A stretch of 64,000 nucleotides of DNA, from positions 1 to 64,000 of IMG/VR virus record IMGVR_UViG_3300032073_000008. The stretch is one strand, 5' to 3'. The notes under the pieces were generated by a model that was not told the origin of the DNA, did no database searches, and was given only the letters and a program-made list of their open reading frames with translations. The stretch's first letter is position 1; each line of letters opens with the position of its first letter. Made by a program: the position numbers and the translations under genes. This document shows positions 57,369 through 64,000 of the stretch, piece after piece. This stretch comes from a virus.

Positions 57369-57807
57369 TTACGACAATGCCTTCTTTTATTAATCGCTCA
57401 CGATTTTTTAAATGAGCTTCAGCAATATCATCTTTGTTTTGTCCGTGATAAGCGACAGCAAAACCTTCATCGATCATGATCTGAGTGGCTGGACGCCATG
57501 AATCAGTAGTTGCATCGTAGACATCAAAGTCACCAAGTATACGACCGAACTTACCTTTCATATCTTCGCCTTTTTTACTCACTTGAGTTTTAAGGACAGA
57601 CTGTTTACCGAGTAATGATTTTAGCTTTTCTTTGGCAGCAAGACCAAACTTTTTTTCAACCTTATCGCGAGTACGAGATTCAGGAGTATCAATACCCATA
57701 ACACGAACACGCTCGCCTTTAAGCCATATACCAAACCCCAGATCAATATCTACATCTACAGTATCGCCATCTACGACACGAACAATCTTACATCTATAAT
57801 CATACAT
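57361..57807 (-). CDS. Thermonuclease (SNase-like) protein
   Basis: VVDGDTVD, R..GIDTPE, GKFGR.LG. Confidence 0.85.
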   Translation of the reverse strand: MYDYRCKIVRVVDGDTVDVDIDLGFGIWLKGERVRVMGIDTPESRTRDKVEKKFGLAAKEKLKSLLGKQSVLKTQVSKKGEDMKGKFGRILGDFDVYDATTDSWRPATQIMIDEGFAVAYHGQNKDDIAEAHLKNRERLIKEGIVVIG

Positions 57808-58234
57808 CTTTTTCTTCACCTTTAATTAATTTTTGTAAATCTGCTGTGCTACCAACAAACAGAGCATTATTAGTCACATTTGCTGGTTGATTATTTTCTT
57901 CTTCGCGCAGAAGTTTAACTTTCTTTTGAATGTCTAACAAATCTTTATTTGCATCAACAAGAGTTTTTGTTAGTTGTGAAACAACTTCGAATGCTCTTGG
58001 ATGTTCACTTGCTTTGGCTAACTCAAGCAAATTATCAAGAGCATATGAACCTTTCTCTATAACATCATAGAGATTATCTCTGGCATAGGTGTAGTCTTTA
58101 GAGACATCATCTGGCAGATTTTTTGTTTTCTCTTCAAAGTTTGAACGAACTAATGATTGTTTTGGTTCATCATCTACAAGCTCTGCTTCAACTTCAAAAA
58201 TTTCATTCAAATTATCTGTGACATTGTTTTTCAT
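57800..58234 (-). CDS. gp16: Terminase small subunit
   Basis: DY.YAR.NL, HPRAFEV, TNNALFVGSTADLQK. Confidence 0.92.
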   Translation of the reverse strand: MKNNVTDNLNEIFEVEAELVDDEPKQSLVRSNFEEKTKNLPDDVSKDYTYARDNLYDVIEKGSYALDNLLELAKASEHPRAFEVVSQLTKTLVDANKDLLDIQKKVKLLREEENNQPANVTNNALFVGSTADLQKLIKGEEKDV

Positions 58235-58246
58235 AATTTTTCATAC

Positions 58247-59080
58247 CTAATCATCAATACCATCAAAGAAATCAAACTTATCAAAGGCTAATCCATATGT
58301 GCTGTTTGCACTCACCGATGAATATGCTACACTTGCTGACGAGTTTGTTGTTGGTGAACCATTTGCCAATAATCCTGGACTCAGTTTAATTCTACTGCTC
58401 GGTGCTTCATTTGTAGCTAGTGGCGACAATGTAGACGGCATGTTAAAATCGACCGTTGATCTTTTGATCACACCTCTATTGCTAGTTGGTCCAAAAATAT
58501 AACCCTTGACTGTGAAGTTAAAAGTGTATATAATAGCTCTGCGAGTTTGAAAGTCTGCTTCATATGCATCTTCAATCGACATACCTTGCATGACTGTTGG
58601 TATGTCATAATAATGACCAGTCTCTTTAACCAACTTCAAACTGTGAGTAAACTCAGGTCTAAAGTAAGGCAGAATCTGTTCTGTAACCTGAACAGCATCT
58701 TCATTGTTAGCAAACATACCATATAAAGAAATATTTATATCATATGGCACAGGTGTAAACTGAGAAACAGAAGCATTGTTGTTAGAAGAAATAGCTGTAT
58801 TTTTCTGTAACTTATTTAATCCTCTGTTTGGAGAATATGACATATCAGTAATTTCAAACGAAAGTCTCGGGAGCTGAGTAGCAACTTGTCTATTCAAGTT
58901 TGGATCTTGATTTAATCTCGCCAAGAACTTTTCTTTTGGTCCATATGCTATCGGTACACGAATTGATTGAACAGCTACACCGCTTGTGTTAAAGCGAACA
59001 ACATCAATATCGTTGAACATTGAGCCAAACATAATGATATATTTTCGAATCGCACCGTGATTATAATAGTTACCAAACAT
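58247..59080 (-). CDS. gp15: Tail sheath stabiliser/completion protein
   Basis: FG..FN.I, VPIAYGPKEKFL, LPR.SFE, EQILPYF.P. Confidence 0.93.
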   Translation of the reverse strand: MFGNYYNHGAIRKYIIMFGSMFNDIDVVRFNTSGVAVQSIRVPIAYGPKEKFLARLNQDPNLNRQVATQLPRLSFEITDMSYSPNRGLNKLQKNTAISSNNNASVSQFTPVPYDINISLYGMFANNEDAVQVTEQILPYFRPEFTHSLKLVKETGHYYDIPTVMQGMSIEDAYEADFQTRRAIIYTFNFTVKGYIFGPTSNRGVIKRSTVDFNMPSTLSPLATNEAPSSRIKLSPGLLANGSPTTNSSASVAYSSVSANSTYGLAFDKFDFFDGIDD

Positions 59081-59845
59081 TTAGAAACCCTCACTAAATG
59101 GATTCATCTCACTGAAGTCAACAAAGTCTGCTGCTTTTAAGTCAAATGTGCTATTTCTTGCTGCTGAATCAGTTGATTCAATGCTATATTCTTCATTCAA
59201 TACATTCTCTCCACTCTCCATGACAAGATTATCGCCAGACTCATCAAGTATCTGGTTGTCCATTCTATCGCCAGAGTATAATGTCTCGATCTCATCAATG
59301 GTATTGATACCAGTGTTAAGCCTTTCATGGCTGTATTCAAACAACTCACAACGGAGATCATATGTTTGTAGTGAGCCAAGCTGGTAGAAAACAGATTCAT
59401 GCTCAACAAACTTAACTTCAAACAACTTATTATTGAGCGGAAAATAAATTAGATCACCCTCAACTGGACGACCTGCAGCTTTTGTTGTGTTTTCGTCTTG
59501 AATTTCTTCGCTGAATCTTCTGCGTGAAACAGTTAATGTCATTTCGTCTCTTATCTCAACATTAAACTTAGATAAGAAATCACCATCACCATCAAACCCA
59601 TCTACTGACTTAATATACATCTCAATAGAATAAGCTGATAATGATTCACCATCACCATCACCATTTGTAACTGCGTCAAACTTAGACAGGGTATCTTCGC
59701 CAAAGACACCGTCTTCAGCAACTAATGTTCTGGGCATGTAATAACAATCTACACCATAAACCTTAATTGCCTCAGTTACGAGATCTTCTATAAGGTTTTG
59801 TTCTTCTGTAAATTGATAATTATTAAAATATAAATTTGTAGCCAT
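59081..59845 (-). CDS. gp14: Neck protein
   Basis: EQ.L.EDL..E.I...G, RP.EGDLIYFP, FYQLG, DFSE.NPF. Confidence 0.93.
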   Translation of the reverse strand: MATNLYFNNYQFTEEQNLIEDLVTEAIKVYGVDCYYMPRTLVAEDGVFGEDTLSKFDAVTNGDGDGESLSAYSIEMYIKSVDGFDGDGDFLSKFNVEIRDEMTLTVSRRRFSEEIQDENTTKAAGRPVEGDLIYFPLNNKLFEVKFVEHESVFYQLGSLQTYDLRCELFEYSHERLNTGINTIDEIETLYSGDRMDNQILDESGDNLVMESGENVLNEEYSIESTDSAARNSTFDLKAADFVDFSEMNPFSEGF

Positions 59846-59849
59846 TTAA

Positions 59850-60590
59850 TTAGCCTATCATATCCATAGCTGGCATAGAGAATCGTTTCTGTACTTCTTC
59901 TTCTAACTTTTGGATTTCTTCATTGGCTTCATTCCAAATATTTTGACCATTAAATGTTACTCCACCTGGAAGTTGTAAACCCTCAAACTTTTTAAGGTTT
60001 TCACCCCATTGTTTTTTGATTAAAGCAGTCGCATATTGACGCAACCACCAATCGCCCCAGACTTGCGTATTTGAGTCTGGATCAATAACTTGATAACACT
60101 CAACGATAATATACTCACCGACATTTACTCTAGACCAGTCCATATCAATATGTAACTTGTCAGTGTGACGACTAAATCTTAATGGTTGCTTCCCTACAAA
60201 TAACTCTTGTAGGAGAGCGATTCTTTCCATAGAAGAAGCATAATTCTGAAATTGTGCGTGTGACCAATCATAAACATCATTAAGTGTTATTTGATATCTA
60301 AGATTGAACATATTATTTGTATTAAGTCCAGCACCAATTGGAAAAATGTTTATCACACCATTAATAGTTTCGGGTATAGTTAAATACCCATTATTAATAT
60401 CTGCTTGTGTTACTTGTGCTTTTAGAAAAGTTCTTTCGGTGCCATCATAATGATAATCTCTATAAAAATCTAATGCGTCATCTATACGATCATCTACTTG
60501 ATCGTCATCAACATTAATTTCAACAACTGGTGCACCGAGCCTGCGTAGGCAATATGTTTTGAATGTGCTTTTACTTGTAGGTACTGACAT
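59850..60590 (-). CDS. gp13: Neck protein
   Basis: YCLRRLGAPV.EINV, YHYDG, Y.TAL.K.QWG.NL.KF...QLPGG. Confidence 0.94.
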   Translation of the reverse strand: MSVPTSKSTFKTYCLRRLGAPVVEINVDDDQVDDRIDDALDFYRDYHYDGTERTFLKAQVTQADINNGYLTIPETINGVINIFPIGAGLNTNNMFNLRYQITLNDVYDWSHAQFQNYASSMERIALLQELFVGKQPLRFSRHTDKLHIDMDWSRVNVGEYIIVECYQVIDPDSNTQVWGDWWLRQYATALIKKQWGENLKKFEGLQLPGGVTFNGQNIWNEANEEIQKLEEEVQKRFSMPAMDMIG

Positions 60591-60623
60591 ATGTATAGTC
60601 TCGAAGTCTGGATTAATCTAGAC

Positions 60624-60631
60624 TATTTATA
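60624..60631 (-). promoter_or_regulatory. Late promoter (gp13)
   Basis: TATAAATA. Confidence 0.78.
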
Positions 60632-60672
60632 AGAACAATAAACAGTTATAATCTATCAACTACACCATAAAT

Positions 60673-61209
60673 TCATGAAGGTATGCCTTTAAACTTCCCA
60701 TCTTCAAAATCATCCTCACCGAACACAAAATCTTCATATGCATTTTTCAAATCATCATCCCAATATTTTTTTTCATGTTTTTCAATAGCAGCAAATGTGA
60801 CCTCACAACCATCAAGTTCTGGAGTATCAGGTTCCCAATCAATTAACACAGTAGTTGAAACCAACATCATATTCCTCACTGCTTCTGCTAAATTATCGCC
60901 ATGAGATTCTTCGGTTTTAGATGTAGTTGCTAGAGGATAAAAAATTAATCCATTTTGTATTCTTTCTTTCTTTAATAAGCCGTGTGTTGTTGTCATCTTT
61001 TTTGACAAGAATAATGGTTTAAACTTCAAATATTTCTGAGGAACACCATCTTTTTTTCTGGCGATACGGCTCTCAGTTATTTCAACAACAGGAACTTGAG
61101 ATTGAATTTTCGGAGATGGATCAAAATCTTCATATCTTTCACCCAGTTCTTTCCTTATATGTTCCAATTCTTCTTCTGTCATGTGGTAATTTTTATTTGA
61201 TCTACTCAT
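60673..61209 (-). CDS. Hypothetical protein
   Basis: Start MSRSNK has an ATGA overlap with the upstream fibre-like gene. Confidence 0.55.
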   Translation of the reverse strand: MSRSNKNYHMTEEELEHIRKELGERYEDFDPSPKIQSQVPVVEITESRIARKKDGVPQKYLKFKPLFLSKKMTTTHGLLKKERIQNGLIFYPLATTSKTEESHGDNLAEAVRNMMLVSTTVLIDWEPDTPELDGCEVTFAAIEKHEKKYWDDDLKNAYEDFVFGEDDFEDGKFKGIPS

Positions 61210-63998
61210 GTGTCTACGCACCTCATAACAAATGATTGTGCTATAACGGAATGCATTTTTTTCTGTACCGCATTTCCAGGTGGATAGCTATCATAATGAA
61301 CTGTTCCAGGACGCTGTAGCACTTCAAGTGCCAAGTTTCCAGCAGAGCTTGTTTTAGTGGGGTCATCAGGATCCATAATCATCGAAAGTGTGGTTCTAGC
61401 ACCGCCAGCATAGGATTGATATGTCCTGTATTCCTGTTCATGAATATGATTGTAGTCGACATTTGTGTGCGATATATCAAGAGTAGGTCTCTGAGGACCA
61501 AACGCAAAATCATCAAATACTGTATGAATCATAAGATCACCATAATTAACAGCTTGTTGAGTCTCTGGACCTAGAACATCACTCGAACCAAAAGTGAAAG
61601 ATTGAAGACCAGTTCTCTCTGGTGATTTGAAAGAGTTTGTCACACATTCCCATTTTCCTGGAAACATAAAAACATCTTGTACAGCAAAACGCTTGCTTGC
61701 ATGCTGACCGACAAATCTGACTTTTAATCTCCCTATCTCGCTAAGTGGAAGAGGGATATGATAGACATACCATAATGAGTGTGGGTGGTCTGCTTCATTG
61801 GATATGCCAGCTGTTTGACCTAGAGCTTCTAAATGTCCTTGCGGATAATCACCTTCTCCGTCGTTATCTTCTCCACCAAAAGAATATGCACCCCTCAATG
61901 GGAAACAGTCTACAGTAGATAAATCAGCATCACCAGTTCCTTCAGTAACATTTAAACAAGTGGGTTGAAATTTTGAAGAAGCATCATTAACAAAGTCATC
62001 CGAGTTGCCTCCCAAGTTCCCACCTTCATAAGAAAAATAACCTTTGGTGTCAGTTCCATCCATAACCTCTGCACCTAGCTGTGCGTGATTTATAAGGACG
62101 GTTGTGAAGGTATAGTCCCTATAATCTAATCTCTGGGAATAATTTTTTCTAGTTCCTTCTGAACCACCCCAAAATAAACCAAATAGATTAGTATCTTCTG
62201 TCACAGCAGATGTTGTGTCATGTTGAGGCATAGAACCAAAAAAACCGTCACCAGTGCCACCTGATATATATTGTTCAAACATAGCATCAGTGTCATATTT
62301 GAAAGAATAATAAGTCATTACTCTATCTTCTTCATGCTGAGGGCTTAAATATGTGTACTGTCTGCTAACTTCGGTTGGACCCCTGCTCCATGCTCTAGTA
62401 TTGTAAAAGTGTAACCTTGCTTCCCAAAGCTCTGGTTTTTTCTGAGCAGATTGAAAATCAGAAAATTTTAATAGGTTTCCTTCAACTGAGTGATCTCCGA
62501 TTGTTAATAACTCGCTATCATTGTAACGCGGTATTCCTCTTGTACCCCACCTTCCTGGTGTCGATGTTTGAAGCATTCTTCGCAATGCTTGTAACTCTAA
62601 CGCATCTGCATTAGAAGTATCACCTGCAGCACGAGTTTTTTTTGCTGCCGATATAAATGTGTTTACTATACCATCTGTTCTCGGAACATCAGCTAAAGGC
62701 AAGATTTTGTCTGAATGCCATAAAAAATCAGCAAAAGAAGTGTCATTATTCAAATCGCCATAGTAACCAACACTCGGAAGATTTAAAATACCATTATTGT
62801 CGCCTCTATCAGCATAATTGAGATAATATAATAACCTCACCACTCCAGCACTATCTGGACCCTCGACTGAGATGAGAGAACCACTTATAAAATATGGACC
62901 AATATCACTGCCAGTGTTATTTCTTAAGAACATGTTTTTTAGGTTGCCATTATATTCAATTTGACTAGCCCCAGTCGCAGTAAATTCACTACCAAAACGG
63001 TTTGATTCTATTATTGTTGTGAATTTAGTATCTCGCCCATCATTCAGGTTGTCAGTATCATAGGTTCCACCACTATCGCTTGGATTAAAACTGACTTGGA
63101 AAAAAGCACCGTCATTTCCTGACACAGTTCCTGAAGCGTCGGTAAAACCAGATGTGTCATATGCAGCATAAGTACCTGTGACATCTCGTGTTAAACCACG
63201 ATAATATCCGCTCAAGTATGACTCACTAAAAAATCTAACTCCTCCTTCCCATGAATGTGTTGACTCTGGTTTATAAACATCTGGCAGGTGACCAAATTCA
63301 TCCATGATACCACCTTCAAGTAAACTTAGATAAGTAATATCATTATTAACTTTTATACTGGGTGTTGATTCAGCACCAGTTTGGGAAATTTGAACAACCT
63401 TTCCTGCACCAATTTCTATCGAAGTATCATCGATTGTTGTACTCCATACACCATTTTCTTGGAGGCTTTGATCAAAATTCAAAATACCAAATATAGTATA
63501 AGTGGCAAAGGTTGGGTCGTTTGATGCTAATATTCTCGTATAATCTGCATGATGAAAACTGCTAGTATCAGTGCCTCTAATTTTAATTGTAAATTTGGAA
63601 ATGTTTCTTGGTTGAAGCATATCAATTTGCAGATAATTTAAACTTGCATCAGTGATGCCTAATGTCCACCACCAGTGAGATCCACCAAAAGCAGAATCTG
63701 GGCTATAGGTAGACGAATGAGAATAGCCAGCACTTACTGATATATCGCCTTGAGAGTATGGACCAAGTAGTTCGTCTGCACCACCATCAAGGTCGCTGCC
63801 ATCTACTGCGAATGTGGCGGTTGGATAGACTGTATTAGTCACAGCTTCCGTTATCTGACATGATGATATCGCCTGACGATCTGTGCTGTTATTAAAAGTT
63901 CTGAGAGCAGTTTCGTTTGCAGTTAATACAGCATCTGTGCCATCTGTAGCAATGATCCTATAATACCTATATGGACCGCCATGTGGACCACCGTTTCC
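61206..63998 (-). CDS. Large virion fibre/receptor-binding-like protein, 5'-truncated by window edge
   Basis: Frame stays open upstream of the track's GTG at 63842 to the edge (GPYRYYRII...). Gly/Ser/Thr/Asp-rich with a discoidin/F5-8-like segment (YLQIDM..PR.ISKF.I). Confidence 0.6.
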   Translation of the reverse strand, partial: GNGGPHGGPYRYYRIIATDGTDAVLTANETALRTFNNSTDRQAISSCQITEAVTNTVYPTATFAVDGSDLDGGADELLGPYSQGDISVSAGYSHSSTYSPDSAFGGSHWWWTLGITDASLNYLQIDMLQPRNISKFTIKIRGTDTSSFHHADYTRILASNDPTFATYTIFGILNFDQSLQENGVWSTTIDDTSIEIGAGKVVQISQTGAESTPSIKVNNDITYLSLLEGGIMDEFGHLPDVYKPESTHSWEGGVRFFSESYLSGYYRGLTRDVTGTYAAYDTSGFTDASGTVSGNDGAFFQVSFNPSDSGGTYDTDNLNDGRDTKFTTIIESNRFGSEFTATGASQIEYNGNLKNMFLRNNTGSDIGPYFISGSLISVEGPDSAGVVRLLYYLNYADRGDNNGILNLPSVGYYGDLNNDTSFADFLWHSDKILPLADVPRTDGIVNTFISAAKKTRAAGDTSNADALELQALRRMLQTSTPGRWGTRGIPRYNDSELLTIGDHSVEGNLLKFSDFQSAQKKPELWEARLHFYNTRAWSRGPTEVSRQYTYLSPQHEEDRVMTYYSFKYDTDAMFEQYISGGTGDGFFGSMPQHDTTSAVTEDTNLFGLFWGGSEGTRKNYSQRLDYRDYTFTTVLINHAQLGAEVMDGTDTKGYFSYEGGNLGGNSDDFVNDASSKFQPTCLNVTEGTGDADLSTVDCFPLRGAYSFGGEDNDGEGDYPQGHLEALGQTAGISNEADHPHSLWYVYHIPLPLSEIGRLKVRFVGQHASKRFAVQDVFMFPGKWECVTNSFKSPERTGLQSFTFGSSDVLGPETQQAVNYGDLMIHTVFDDFAFGPQRPTLDISHTNVDYNHIHEQEYRTYQSYAGGARTTLSMIMDPDDPTKTSSAGNLALEVLQRPGTVHYDSYPPGNAVQKKMHSVIAQSFVMRCVDT

Positions 63999-64000
63999 AG

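Noticed and set aside
712-62614. Numerous + strand ORFs and short alternate-frame - strand ORFs in the track
   Set aside because: They overlap well-supported minus-strand genes and show no recognisable motifs; shadow ORFs.
1-64000. tRNA, rRNA, CRISPR arrays, stop-codon reassignment, photosynthesis genes
   Set aside because: None recognised by eye; core genes translate full length with the standard code. tRNAscan and Infernal were not run.

Overview
A 64-kb, AT-rich segment of a T4-like (Tevenvirinae/Kyanoviridae-like) myovirus genome. Essentially all genes are on the minus strand, and the standard genetic code fits. In transcription order (right to left) it holds: (1) a 5'-truncated fibre-like virion gene and the neck-tail-terminase-head block (gp13-gp23, with a thermonuclease between gp16 and gp17); (2) a small unit with a glnA-type glutamine riboswitch and a 32-aa double-YRG peptide; (3) gp3, uvsY, uvsW, gp55, gp47, gp46 and peptide deformylase; (4) a five-gene putative DNA hypermodification operon with its own sigma70 promoter (class II glutamine amidotransferase, GNAT, amino acid:DNA transferase, TET/JBP dioxygenase, P-loop kinase); (5) Hsp20 with a ROSE-like leader, and a VWA-peptidase/CobS pair; (6) replication genes (gp45, gp44, gp62, regA, a gp43 split in two around a small inserted gene, uvsX, gp41) mixed with sugar and nucleotide enzymes, plus a lysozyme; (7) a late block of probable head-packaged proteins and polyproteins, interrupted by a glycan-modification cassette. 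The most notable candidates are the TET-initiated hypermodification operon, a structured RNA after gp41 whose CU-repeat loop is complementary to the GAGAGA-type ribosome-binding sites of several phage genes, and the riboswitch-peptide unit. All protein calls come from motif recognition and synteny by eye. No database searches were run.
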